NCBI RefSeq assembly: GCF_011386835.1
Contig: NC_088813.1
Span: 9,300,001 to 9,364,000, forward strand
From: Chrysemys picta bellii
Taxonomy: Eukaryota
Reading direction: 5' to 3'
DNA length: 64,000 nucleotides
Positions 26,590-39,186 of the stretch are shown here, in pieces. The first letter of the stretch is position 1. The number at the start of each line of letters is the position of its first letter. The notes below the pieces were generated by a model. That model was not told the origin of the DNA. It was given only the letters and a program-made list of their open reading frames with translations, and ran no database searches. The translations under genes and the position numbers were made by a program.

Positions 26590-27768
26590 GTCCGTTTAGT
26601 TTTGCTTATTTCCATTGCTCCCCAAAATCAAAATCCGCTTGGTGCGGGGGCCGGGTGCTACGTGGACAGACAGCGCTGGGGACTGCGCGCTTCTGCTTTC
26701 TCCTTGCCGTGGGCAACGGCATTGATTGCACAGAGGCAGCTCTGCCATCGCCCTACCCTGGAAGTGAGTCCCCATGGCCTGTGCTGTCCTTGCTCCCTTC
26801 CCTGCAGACCCCTAAACTCCCATGTGTGCGCGATGGATGCTTGTGTGATGCTATAGCATCATAGGCTTGCATGGTGTCTTAGAAGTGGCCTGGTAGCACT
26901 AAGGTCTCTAGTTAAGGCTGCATGACGGCTTCTCTTCTCGGGAGCTTCCTGAGACGTTCCAGACCTGGCCTCTGCCCAAAAATGTGTGTGTTGGTTTTTT
27001 TAAATGGTTTTTCGTTGGTGACGAATCACAGCTCATCTCCTGCTGAGCACAAGAAGAGGGGTGGGGAAAATACTCTTGTGACCTTTCTGTAGAGCAGTGC
27101 CATACGTGAAACCCAGGGCATAAAATGCTGAGCTCTGGGACCTGATCCTGCCAGTGGGTCGCTGCACCCACATGGATCCTCGAGCTGGATCAGGCCCTCG
27201 GTGTGGAACTAGCCCTCGCTTAGATGCACCTCTGGGTGGTCCAGAGAAACCTGGCTTTGATTGGACCAGTGTGGCAAGTACAGAAACATGAGCAGAGATG
27301 AGCACACAGATAAGGTTGGGAAGGGGCCAGGGGAGTCGTACAATACCGTGTTGTTTGTGGTATTAAAGGCTGTGTTGTGATAAATACGCACAAGAGTTAC
27401 AGGTTCTGAGCCCAACTTTAACTGTAGCCTTTTCTGGCTGGAAGGCCCGATGGGTCAGCACCCAGATCACTGCTTCACCCAGGAAAACACGGAGACGAGA
27501 CCCCTGCCTCTTATAGTTTATAATCTAAGACGCTACCCTCTGCACCCAGAAAAGTCACCGGGGGCTCTGCATGAGTATCGGTGTTCCCGTGCATGGATCC
27601 GACTGCAGGATCGTGGCCTAAACAAGCCTCTCTCCCCCTGCCAGAATCCCTTCTTATTTTGGATGTGCAAAAATAAGCAAACATTAAAACACACATGCTC
27701 CCCAACGTGCCCTCTCTAACCCAGAAGCCCCAGTAACACTCAAACTGTTTTTCTGTTATTCTCTTTAG

Positions 27769-27831
27769 ATGATGAAGAGGAGGATGGCTGCACATTAATA
27801 GATGCTCTCCCGTACGTGGTCGTGGGAGGAG
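27769..27831 (+). CDS. IFI6: IFI6 coding exon 2 (DDEEEDGCTLIDALPYVVVGG)
   Basis: ttctctttag acceptor, GAG|GTGGG donor; 63 nt; ends like mammalian IFI6 ...AVGG. Confidence 0.82.
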
Positions 27832-28199
27832 GTGGGTTATTAATGCCCCTCCCCAATGGAGGCCGGGAGTGGGGGAGGGAGGGGGCAGAGGAAAAGGTGC
27901 ATGATACTGGAGCAGTCCCATCCATACAGCCCAGGGTAATAGTAGATGGTTTTGTAGCAGGGTGTGTGTGTGTGTGCTGAGTTTGTTAGTTCTCCTCACA
28001 GCACAAGGCTGGGATGGGAGGGGAGAGCAGCTGAAGTCTAATGCTGCAGACAGCCCTTAACATGCTATATGACCCCCTGTAAACCAAACAGGGCCTTCCT
28101 CCTCTGCGGTGAACGCCTCGCTCGGGCTGAGTGGTTTGGGCTTCGAAAGGGGGCTGAAACAGAAACGCCTCTGATCTCGTCTGTCTCTCTCTGCTCCAG

Positions 28200-28361
28200 C
28201 TGCTCTGATGTACGCGGGACCAGCCGTGCTGGCTACGCTGGGGTTCCAGGCCACCGGCATAGCAGCCAACTCCGTGGGTTCCTGGCTGATGAGCTGGTCT
28301 GCCATAAGTTCGGGAGGCGGCGTGCCTGCAGGGGGAGTCGTGGCCACGCTCCAGAGCCTCG
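28200..28361 (+). CDS. IFI6: IFI6 coding exon 3, ISG12 domain ([41 protein letters not shown])
   Basis: Diagnostic ISG12 motif; ctgctccag acceptor, TCG|GTAGG donor. Confidence 0.95.
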
Positions 28362-28884
28362 GTAGGTGGGACGTGCCCCGTGCAAGGAACACTTCAAACC
28401 CAGCCTGGGCTTTTAAAGAGCTTATTCCCCTTTCGTTTGCCTTTCACTCAGGATCGCTAGGAAGGGGGGTGTTTTGTAAGAAGAGCAGGGGGCTGGGAAT
28501 CGTGGCACTTGGGGGGCTTTTAGTGCTAGAGGTCCCAACTGAGACCAAACTCCCCTCTTGATTGGTATGGTGAGAGAGCCCCTGCCCCGGGGAGTTACCA
28601 TTCTAAATAGCCAGGGCAGAGGGTGCGGGGCAGCAGAGACAGTGGCAGTCACTTGCCCAGGTCCTGTACAGTGGAGCCAGGAACAGAAGCAAGGAGTCAT
28701 GACGCCTGCTCGTGAAACAGTTGAGGTCAGATTGGGACCGTGTGACTCTCCCTAATATAGCGACCGAGTCCAGGCTGGCTTCTCGCCTGGACAGTGCGGG
28801 CGTTGGATCTGTTCCCTGTCCGCCGCCGGATTGACTGGGGTCTGCGCTGACTATTCACTAGCCTTTGTTCTGTGTTCCTTCCAG

Positions 28885-28991
28885 GAGCTCAAGCAGGCAG
28901 CATGGCCTGGGGGTCGGTCGGCTCCAAGCTGGGCTACACCGTCCACCAGAACTTCATCTGCGGCAAGAAGCAGAAGTCCAAGAAGCAGTAA
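28885..28991 (+). CDS. IFI6: IFI6 last coding exon (GAQAGSMAWGSVGSKLGYTVHQNFICGKKQKSKKQ*)
   Basis: ttccttccag acceptor; in-phase TAA at 28989-28991. Confidence 0.85.
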
Positions 28992-29156
28992 TCCCCCTCC
29001 CCCTGCAGCTCTCCTCTCCCCGGCTGTCGGGAAAGCTGCCTCTGGGCTCGCCATACCGAGCCTGGGCCTAGGCGTAGTTTGACTTCTGTATTTGGGGGAA
29101 GGGGTTTGATGCAATTCTCCAGGGATTTGCTCTAATTCCTATTAAAATCAATAGGT

Positions 29157-29260
29157 GTGTTTGGCCAGGTCTACACTACCCATGTACTGCGGTATAACTA
29201 CGTCACTCGGGTGTGAAAAATCCACACGCCTGAGCAACAAAGCTATACCAGCCCCCCGGG
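29157..29260. mobile_element. PIF/Harbinger-type MITE end
   Basis: ggccaggtctacacta…ggtataactacgtcactcgggtgtgaaaaatccacac pattern. Confidence 0.5.
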
Positions 29261-31532
29261 CAATCTGGGTGTGGGCAGCTCGGTGGGGTGTCTGGATGCA
29301 GGAGAGATCTGGATGCAGAGGGCCTTGTTGGGGGATTCCAGGTGCAGGGGGAATGGGACACTGTGCGAGGGGGGGTCCAGGTGAAGGTGGTTGGGGCACA
29401 GCAGGGTGGGTCTGGGTGCAGGGGGGCATCTGAATGCATGGGGTTTGGGTGGACCGGGGGAGGGCAGCTCCCTGCACAGTGACCCCCTCCTCCCCTTTCC
29501 GCCCTCCGTGGCTGAGGAGCGATGGGGGGGCAGGTAGTGGGGGTTGGGGAAGCAGCTTTGGAGGGAGGGGGTTGCCAAAGGTGGTTGGTGCAACCGTTAA
29601 ATGGTTCCCCCAAAGAAAGCGCCTGAACAGACTGTGGCTATGGGGTTTAATCCTTTGTGGGCTGGGGAGTGGGAGACCGGCCAGCAGCCTACAAGAGGCT
29701 GCAGAGGAAAAATTAAAAATAAAAAAAAAAAATGTTTGCAGCCAGGAATCTGGATAGTCGTGTTGATTGACCACACGTTGTATGTCCATCATTCACCTGG
29801 CCAGCAGCAGCATGAATTGCAGCGGAAGTTCCCCGGGGCTTCCTGCCTCACATGGTTCCTGTAGTGCTCTAGACAGTGCATGGGGGAGCTGCACTGTCAT
29901 AAGGTGTGCGCCATGTGCCAGGCTTCTTCCCCTGGAGTACAACCTACTTCAGAGCCCCCCCCACCTCCCAGCACAGCAGCAACTCTCTTTCCCCCACCCC
30001 CACTCACCTGATCTGCCTGGCTCTCCTCTCCTCACTGAAGAGGACTGGTCACTGCTCTTCTGTTCTCCCCTTCAACAAGGCCCCGCCCATGTAGGGGAAA
30101 CTGACCAGCACAGGTAAGCGCCCTGTGTCAGCCACTCATGCCTTCCCCCAAGTTCCTCTGTGCCCACCCAAGAGGGTTGGGGGAGGGGGTAGCAATTCCT
30201 TCCCCAGGTGCCTTGTGCCTGCGGGCCAGTACCCAGCCCATGTGATGAAACTGACAAGCACCACAGGCAGAGAGCTCCTGGCATCACCTCTCCCTATGTT
30301 CCTCCACGGGGAGGAAGTAGGAGGCAACTGCCTTGGCCTTGTATAGTTTACCTATCTCCCCCCTGCCCCGCTTACTACCCCCCCCCCCCCCCCCAGTACT
30401 CTCTACCTATGAGCCTGGGCCCTTATTGAGGGCACCAATGCAGCACTTAAGGTGATTCAATTTTGTTTGTAGCTACTCCAGGGCAGGATCTGTTCCCTGC
30501 CTGTCTGTCGCTAGCACTGGAGTGGCTAATAGTCCTTCCCTCCGGTGCCTACAGCCCCTAGACATGCACAGGGTCTTATATGAGTTTCAGTGCAAGACCG
30601 TGTGGACCCACTCCACATAACAGGAGTGGTGGCCCTTATGTTCTGCGTGAGTGCCTGTTCTCTGGCCTGGCCACTGACCTGCTCATGTCCTGACCCTTCA
30701 GCAGCCAAAGGGCGCTGGCGATCAGGAGCCCACTCCTGCAGACCTCATGTGGGCCACCCTCCTTCAGCCGAGGCGTCTCACTGCAGCCAATGAATGCAAC
30801 AGCAGCCCCCCCCCCTTTCGCTCTGATGGGAGGAGCGAGGGACAGGGGAAGGGAGCGCCCACCAGATAAATCCTGCTGATGACTCGCCTTTAGAAACCAG
30901 AGTGCAATTTAGATAGAGAAATGAATCATTCACCTGCAAGCTCCAGCAACCCCAGCATCTTAGGAGTTCTCCAGGGTCTTCTGTCTGTGATGAGATTGTA
31001 TTGCCTTTGTTCTGCAGTGCCCCACCTGCTTTTGCACACAATCTGAGCACTGTAGGAGCTCTGCCAGCTGGGGAAGGCTGGAGTTTACCGTCCGACTCCC
31101 TGCAAGGTACTCAGTTCTAGTGATTGCCAAAGGCCCTGTGCGAGATGGGGCAGAACTGCTACAGAGGTGAATGCTCCAAAGGTCCTTAATACTCCTTCGG
31201 TTTCCATAGAAAATGGATAGTGATTCCCATGAGGAGTACGAAGCTCAGTCTCCCCCGCCCCCCCCGAGGATTGTGACCTATGTAGCGTAGCTTGTTTAAT
31301 TAGATGAGCTACTAAGAGACGCTAAACATCACTGCTCCATCAGCTGCGTTTTTTTGGTTGCACCTCGCCCATCCTCTATCCCTCTCCTTTCAAATGATAA
31401 ACTTCCAGGTGTAGGGATTGTGGGCAAGACTGCTGTCATGTGTGCCGCTGTAACAAGTGTTACACCATTCTAGCAGATGAGAATCTGGCCCCCTGTTTGT
31501 ACCTGTTGTCAGAAAAGCAGCTAGCCTACAGT

Positions 31533-32374
31533 TGTAGATCAATCTCTGATAATTTTCATATAACTTTACATTGTGCCTCTTCATATAACCTTGTGGTGGG
31601 TCTACCCACGTGTGACCTCTGTATCCTGGGACTTTGTATCAAAGCCTCATTTAGAAACTTTGCATTGCCCTTGGTATAATATTATAGCCCCTAAGGATAG
31701 AATAAGATAGAAGAAAAATTTCTTTTTGCTAGCAGTAGAACAAGAGCTCTCCCCCCCCACTCTTAATCAATTGCCCTGTTGAATGAATGAGGTGTGGATG
31801 AGCAAGGCATGAAAGGCAGCACCTCCAGACAGCCTCAACCCTTGGAGAGGGGCTGGGAGCCAGACCCAAGGACAATAAAACGTGTCAAGTGGGCTCATTA
31901 AAGACAAGCAGACATACTGACGGCCTCGGGGGTTAGAAGCAAGCACCTTCTTTTGGAAACACCCTCTTTGCAGCATTGGAATAACACTCAAAAGAAAGCA
32001 GCACAAAGGACCAATGGACACAGACACAAAGTTTGAATCTGGTATAGATTTGCATAAGAGGAAAGCTGCTATAAAAGTGAGGTGTCTTGCACAGGACCCC
32101 GGGTCTCGTCTTGTCAACATGGGAGCATCGATCCGGATCGGCAGAAGCCCGGCTCCACCCCCTCCCCCATCTAACTCACCTGGCCAGTGAAGTTAAGGGG
32201 AGCAACTAATTGGTAACAACAAGACGGAGTGTGTTTGTGTGTGTGTGTGTGTGAGTGTAAGTGTAATATATTATATGCATATAATAGTGTTAATGAATAC
32301 ATGTATCACTAATAAATGTGGCGTTTTGTCTTATTCCCCCTGAAAAGATCCTGTGCAGTACTTTAAGTACAACA
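31533..32374 (+). mobile_element. Solo LTR
   Basis: TG…CA termini with perfect 4-bp TSD cagt; AATAAA at ~32311; internal (GT)n. Confidence 0.8.
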
Positions 32375-32774
32375 CAGTATGTGAATGCTGTCCAATGGAC
32401 CCTCCAAAGTCTCCACAATCTTAATGATCGATAGTGCCTCGTTGTTTACTTATACCTACTCTCCCATCTGTTGTCTCTTGTCTTAAACTTAGATTGTAAA
32501 CCCCAGAGGACAGGCACTGTCTTTTTGTTGTTTGTACAGCGCCTGGCACAACAGGGTCATGGCACATGGCTAGGGTTTGCAGATGCTACAACGAATGATG
32601 TGACACCTGCGGGTTGCAGTCAAACATTTTCTCCCGTAAAATGATCTGAGATGAGGTTGGGGTTTAAGACAGAGCCAGTTCGATAGACTTCATCCTTTCG
32701 TTCTTATTCTGCGTGTGCATTGAGGGTGCTTATAGCAAGAGTTTCTCTAGGGAGATTCCTCGCGTGTTCTGCGT

Positions 32775-33980
32775 TCATAGATTCTAGGGCTGGAAGGGAC
32801 CTCGAGAGGTCATCGAGTCCAGTCCCCTGCCCGCATGGCAGGACCAAATACTGTCTAGACCATCCCTGATAGACATTTATCTAACCTACTCTTAAATATC
32901 TCCAGAGATGGAGATTCCACAACCTCCCTAGGCAATTTATTCCAGTGTTTAACCACCCTGACAGTTAGGAACTTTTTCCTAATGTCCAACCTAGACCTCC
33001 CTTGCTGCAGTTTAAACCCATTGCTTCTTGTTCTATCCTTAGAGGCTAAGGTGAACAAGTTTTCTCCCTCCTCCTTATGACACCCTTTTAGATACCTGAA
33101 AACTGCTATCATGTCCCCTCTCAGTCTTCTCTTTTCCAAACTAAACAAACCCAATTCTTTCAGCCTTCCTTCATAGGTCATGTTCTCAAGACCTTTAATC
33201 ATTCTTGTTGCTCTTCTCTGGACCCTTTCCAATTTCTCCACATCTTTTTTGAAATGCGGTGCCCAGAACTGGACACAATACTCCAGCTGAGGCCTAACCA
33301 GAGTAGAGCAGAAGAACGACTTCTCGTGTCTTGCTCACAACACACCTGTTAATACATCCCAGAATCACGTTTGCTTTTTTTGCAACAGCATCACACTGTT
33401 GACTCATATTTAGCTTGTGGTCCACTATAACCCCTAGATCCCTTTCTGCTGTACTCCTTCCTAGACAGTCTCTTCCCATTCTGTATGTGTGAAACTGATT
33501 TTTTCTTCCTAAGTGGAGCACTTTGCATTTGTCTTTGTTAAACTTCATCCTGTTTACCTCAGACCATTTCTCCAATTTGTCCAGATCATTTTGAATTATG
33601 ACCTTGTCCTCCAAAGCAGTTGCAATCCCTCCCAGTTTGGTATCATCCGCAAACTTAATAAGCGTACTTTCTATGCCAATATCTAAGTAATTGATGAAGA
33701 TATTGAACAGAGCCGGTCCCAAAACAGACCCCTGCGGTACCCCACTTGTTATGCCTTTCCAGCAGGATTGGGAACCATTAATAACAACTCTGAGTATGGT
33801 TATCCAGCCAGTTATGCATCCACCTTATAGTAGCCCCATCTAAATTGTATTTGCCTAGTTTATCGATAAGAATATCATGCGAGACCGTATCAAATGCCTT
33901 ACTAAAGTCCAGGTATACCACATCCACAGCTTCACCCTTATCCACAAGGCTCGTTATCCTATCAAAGAAAGCTATCAGGG
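32775..33980 (-). mobile_element. CR1 LINE, 5'-truncated (RT C-terminal part), frameshifted
   Basis: ORFs 33294-33722 (LIKFADDTKLGG…) and 32855-33241 (…[16 protein letters not shown]…) plus the CR1 3' terminus. Confidence 0.95.
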
Positions 33981-34992
33981 ACCCTAGAAACCAGCGAGGC
34001 TGGAAAAAGACTTTCCCGGCTCTCTTTTTTTCTCCTGGCCTGAGCAGTGCCGCATAGAGACATGCCGGCTTACATCATGTAAACCAGGCTGAGTCTCAAT
34101 CCCCAAATCTTGTGCAGAAGGACTGAATAAAGCTTTGGGTGAAAACGTGTTCTAAACATCGTAGGCGCTTTATTACCCACAAAGAAAAAGAGAAGAGAAA
34201 TACCAACCTATCTGCAAACTGCCATCGGATGCAGACTGCTTGGGCTAGATTTTCAAGCGCTCACCACCCTCCACAAAGGCCAGACCCTTGAGATCTCAGC
34301 CGCTCCCTTTACGATCCTTATGGCCTGACTTTGCACGGAGGCCTCTTGAAAATCTGACCCCAAGGGTGGAGGCCGAGCCCTGCTGAAAACTGGCTAATGG
34401 AGATGGTAAAATACCAGCCTTGGGTCATCAAGAGGGCCTTCGCTGTGGTAGCTTGGCATTCAGACAGAGTACAGCCCCATTCAGAGGGAATTACTTCGCT
34501 GCATGGGCGGTGTTTAATAAAGTAACACATTGCATTTCTGTAGCAACCCCCACCCTAGGATCTCAGAGCCCTTTGCAAAGGATATTGAGCTGTGAGATGG
34601 GCCAATAGTCTCATCTGCATTTTACAGCAGGGGGAAACTGAGGCAGAGAGAGGGGCAGAAGGTCAGTGGGAAAAGAGTCCAGAAGTCCTGACTCCCACCT
34701 CATCTTTCCTACAGCAGGACAAGCAGGGGTCTAAGTAGGTAGAGCTCTCATTGGTCCATCCAAGGAAAAGAAGGAGCTGTGGGGGGATGTGCTCTCCTGC
34801 TTTAACCCCTGGGGGGACACTGTCTGCAGGGCTAGCGCCTGGAAATGAGACTGAATTGCAGGCTGCAGTACCCCAGTAGCACGCGAGATCCCAGCTAAGG
34901 GCAAGTTCCCGGTTTACTAGCCCCGCAGAAGGGCTGTTTGCAGTCCGTAGGTTCCCCCCAGCGTCAGTAGAGTCCCCAGAGAGAGAGGCTGG

Positions 34993-35240
34993 CTACTGGG
35001 GCCTTATTTTCATGTCCACGTATTTGTAAGAGTAGTGGTACCCCTTCCCGGTGGACCAGTTGATCCCGTTGGCATAGGAGGTGTGTTCACCTTTGAGGTA
35101 CAGCCCGTTGAGGTTGGAGGAGTGGCACTGCCCATACCACCAGCTGCCTTTGTAGAGGATGGCACAGCTGCCCCCAAAGGTGTCGTGGTCTTTGTCGTGC
35201 GTGGAGAACCTCAGATTGTTGTGTCCCGAGAGAGAATCTC
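34993..35240 (-). CDS. Ficolin exon 8 ([20 protein letters not shown]…[17 protein letters not shown]…MKIRPQ*)
   Basis: Terminal FReD exon with Ca-binding DxDxD and WWY..CH.SNLNG motifs. Confidence 0.95.
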
Positions 35241-35344
35241 CTGCAAGGGGCAGAAGGCAAATACACACACGGCTTGGCCTGTGGCATCTTCATTCCATGC
35301 CAAACTCACGGCCTTCGCCTGAGGGCAAAGGCTTTCCCCAGCTG

Positions 35345-35395
35345 GAGTCATAACAAAGAGCCTTGCCTCTAGGTCACCGGTTCAAATCCAGCCCC
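35345..35395 (+). mobile_element. LF-SINE head fragment
   Basis: agagcct…cctctaggtcaccggttcaaatccagccc. Confidence 0.55.
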
Positions 35396-36177
35396 TGTCT
35401 CTTTGCATATTATTATTCATTAGTAGGAAGCATCCCGCATGGGGCCCGGATTTGCACGGTCATTTACACTTGTGCAAAGACTCACACCGGTCTGATCTGG
35501 CAGCGTTTGGGTGGAAACGCTGACCCAAGGTGCAGGGACCATGGCGAATAAGGCCCTAGTCCTGTAGTCCTTCCCCTGGCTGTCTGCTGTGAAATGAGTT
35601 TGGTGGGTCACAGGAGACAGGCGGTGCCCATCCACCACTGGAGCCCCCAGCCCCACTCACACCCTGGCTGGAGCTAGCACTGGCCCCATAACATTTACTA
35701 GATGAATTTTGCTACGTTATCCAGATAAAGTCGCCTAGAAATTCCCCTTCCTCCACCAGTTCTAGCTGGAAACTCTCGGCAGAGAAGCCAAGGCCTGAGC
35801 GGCCTGCAGACACTGGGCTGCCTTCCCACTCCTAGAGCTGGTCCCTCCAGGGCTGGGCTGAGGCACTGTGGACATGCAGGGGGGATGCTCCTGCAAGACA
35901 CCGCCCCGGCTGGACCTGGTGCGTGGGGGGGGGCAGGCTGGGGCTCTTCACCAGTGCTAAGACAGTCACAATGGAGGGCTGAGGGATCCTAGCCCTGCCT
36001 CCCCGCCTCGCACAGCTGGTATTTCATCCTTGGGAACCACCAGTGGTGGCTTTCCTATGTGACAACTCCAGCAGCCTATCCCCACTCAAGGCGTCTCCCC
36101 CAGCTAGGTGGGGAAGGTGCTGGGCCCCGCCCATTATCCTTGCGATCGAGAAATCCAGTTGGTAGCTTGCAAACTCT

Positions 36178-36467
36178 TAGGGGACGTCTGCACGGCAGCT
36201 GGGCACTGGGATTCCCGGCGCAGGTAGGTGCACGCTAGCTTTGCTCGAGGGCTCACGCTAGAAGTAGCCGGGTGGCTACGGCAGCCCAGCCAGTCGCTCA
36301 GGGCACACACCGAGTACGTCCCCAGGACCCCCAGCGGGGTCATATCGGGAGGCCAGCCCCAGCAGCTGCGGCCACACGGCAGTTTCCAGTGCGCTAACTT
36401 GAGCGGCGCTAGCGCCCGTACATCCTCCCGAGCGGGGATTCGCACCCGCAGCGTAGGCGTTCCCTCC
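36178..36467. mobile_element. PIF/Harbinger-type MITE (CpG-rich)
   Basis: Termini agggg acgtctgcac / gcgtaggcgttccct resemble the agggtacgtctacac family. Confidence 0.6.
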
Positions 36468-37098
36468 GTGACCGTGAGAAACCAACGCTGCTTCCTCCAC
36501 CTCGTCGAGTTTCGCTAACGGTCACGGAGGCGAGGGGCAGGGAGGGCACGGACAGGATCCAGACACAGTGGTTCCCCCACCCAGCTTTGCTAATGGGATC
36601 CTGACCTGCACATACCCCCCCCTCCAGCCCCGCAAATGCACCTCAGTCCTGTAGCAGTCCCTTCTGCCTGACAGCTGTTACTGCTCCTCTCCCACGGTCT
36701 GGTGGGGTGGCCGCTATTGATTTGTCTGTGACATGCTCGGTTACCCTTGTCCTTAATGCTCTGACAGAGTGTCATGGGGAGACTGCAGGCTCGGGGACAG
36801 ATCCTCAGCAGCCCTCACTCCAGTCTTTTACGCCAGGGAAAGGCTGCCCCCTGGTGACGAGCTAGCCTCATGCAACTAAGCCTTCCCCGTCTGAAGATCT
36901 GGGCACCGCCACCAGAGAGGCCACTGGCACCCTGCATTAGAGGGCAAAGCCACCAGAGCGAGCTGAAACACTGCGGCACAGATGCCAGGTTCTGCTCAGG
37001 AGGGACCGAGGCGTGTAATAGCAAGGAGGGGGTGCCGCTAACTGGCCCCTGCTCACCCTGCAGCAGCAGGCCTGAGTGGAAGTCGCTCGGTAACTCAC

Positions 37099-37233
37099 CC
37101 ATGCTGCCAGCCAAGTAGGAGCCCAAGGCGAGCGTGTAGTTTTCCCTTTCGCTCAGCATCTTGAAGCTGCTGTACTTGGCAAACGTGCTGGACTCATTGA
37201 AGTCCCTGGCATCAATCCGCAGCTGGTAGGTCC
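37099..37233 (-). CDS. Ficolin exon 7 (GTYQLRIDARDFNESSTFAKYSSFKMLSERENYTLALGSYLAGSM)
   Basis: FReD sequence; cctcag acceptor, G|GTGAG donor; 135 nt. Confidence 0.92.
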
Positions 37234-37856
37234 CTGAGGCCGAAAGGGCAGCAAGGCATCAAAGTCCCAGCATTGCTGGAGAGAGCGGCCGTGGCCCGAG
37301 ACCAACGCCTTTTCCTCCCACGCCGCGGGAGCAGGAGCTACATTCACTGTGGGAAGATGCAGTCCCCCTGTGGGTTGGGGCAGCCTGGGGACACAAGGAT
37401 GGGAAACCCTGGAGGAAATGGAGGTGGGAGTCTCCCCTGGGAGGAGGGGCTAGGGGCTGTGATGCCATGGTGGGGAACTAAGCCCAGGAAGCACCTGATG
37501 TCTGAAAGGGGTCTGGATTTTCCTGATCACACCAGCTCTGAGCCGTCTCCTTTTGGAGCTCTGTTGGGGGTTAACCCTTTCTAGGAACCCTCCCCACCAT
37601 GCTTTGTGGCTAGCGGGCCCTTTAAACTCTGGGGCAGACAAGCTGCTCCAGCCTGGCCTTCTCTTCTTTCCAGAGGGAGATTTGGTAGCGGCCTGTCCCA
37701 GGAGGAGGGGCACACCCAGATCCTGATCCCTACTATGCTTGGGTAGATCTGGGGTAGCTCTGTTAATGTCAGTGATTTTACGCCTCAGTCCAGCCTTCCC
37801 CTGCTCTCTCCCTGTGACTGCTCCCTTCTCAGCTGGGTGGCGAGAAGTCTCCTTAC

Positions 37857-37986
37857 CGGTGCTGGTGAGAAGGTGGATGTTGTCGTTGCCCAGCCAGAAC
37901 TCCGATGCTTGGTTTCCAAACCCTCTTTTGTAGGCCTCCCAGCCCCGATAGAAATCCACCGACCCATCCTGGCGCCGCTGGAACAC
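37857..37986 (-). CDS. Ficolin exon 6 ([43 protein letters not shown])
   Basis: FReD motifs FQRR.DGSVDF and EFWLGN; 130 nt. Confidence 0.95.
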
Positions 37987-39058
37987 CTGGAAGGCAAGGG
38001 GTAGGTCACGCCCAAACTCAGCGAGCCCCGGGGAGCTGGGCAGGACCCAATCCTGCCGCTGAAACTGCGGGGGGAGGGGGCGAAATCTCCCAGTGAGCCC
38101 AATGTCCATCCTTCAGATCTCAATGAACAGCAAATAGCTGTCTCCACACTGCAGGATCTTATGTGGTGCCTACCGCCAAGGGGCACCAGCAGGGTTTGGC
38201 CCCTAGACCTCCCTCACTACAGGCACAGGGCTCTGTGGCTGGAGGCAAAGGACTAGCACCCAGCGGCACCTATAGCATCGCTAGCAGCCAGAGTTTCAAA
38301 GCACTGAGTAGCTGGGACGGGGGCCAGGGAGCACAGCCTTGCTCTGGGGGAGAGGAGACTAATGAGCTCTCCTGGGCTGGTTCAGCTCTTAACGAGGCAC
38401 ATCTGTAAGGTTTGCTCTGCCTGGAGGGGGCGGGTGGGAGCTTAGACAGGGAAAACAGGCCCTGGAAGGGGCGGTGAACGGGGCGAGGACGGCTATGCCC
38501 CCGAGAGCGCTGACCACACAGACAGATCAGCCAAGCGGGAGACAGCCTCTGGCCTCACTGCCCCTGCAGTTGCATGGACCAGTGCCCCAGGCTGGAATGA
38601 GACCCTAACTAAAGACAGCTGATAAGCCAAGCCCCAAAGGGCTGGCTGCAGAAAGACTGCTGAAGAGACAGGCTCTCGGATTCCCCTCCCTGGCAAGGGA
38701 AAGAGAGAGAAAAGGCCCTCCCTTGTTCTGTCTGGAGAGCCCCTCCTGCGCCACAAACAGCGGGAGGATGTTATAAAGAACATGGCCTGGGCTCTGGTGG
38801 GGACAAGGTGCTGAGCTCTTTGGCAAGACCGGCTACCTGGTGCCTGCATGAGAGACCAGCTCTTCTGAACATCTCCCTTAACCGGGACCTGCAGCAGAAA
38901 CTTCAACCTGGTATGTGGACTGGCCACGAGAGGGGCCACAGACCCACTCCGTGCAATGGGGGGGGGGTAACACCAAGTAGGTGGAGGCATTTGTGGGGAG
39001 GTGTATTTCCTCCTGCCTCCCCTGCTCCCTGGCCTCCTTGAGGGCTAGAAGGACTCAC

Positions 39059-39186
39059 CAGCCAGCCCCCGCCATCCGTTTCCATGTCACAGAAGACGGT
39101 CAGCGTTCTCCCCGGTTCGGGGTGGATGATGTACCAGCCGCTCAGCCCCTCTCCCTGCTCCAGTAGCTCCTTGCAGTTCCTGGCAC
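39059..39186 (-). CDS. Ficolin exon 5 ([23 protein letters not shown]…[13 protein letters not shown])
   Basis: Start of fibrinogen-like domain; 128 nt. Confidence 0.95.

Larger units (their letters stand above)
26517..28991 (+). other. IFI6: IFI6 (ISG12 family) coding span, 134 aa
   Basis: join(26517-26589,27769-27831,28200-28361,28885-28991) = 405 nt, all phase-1 GT-AG introns. Signal-peptide-like N-terminus plus ISG12 motif. ATTAAA at 29141-29146. Confidence 0.88.
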
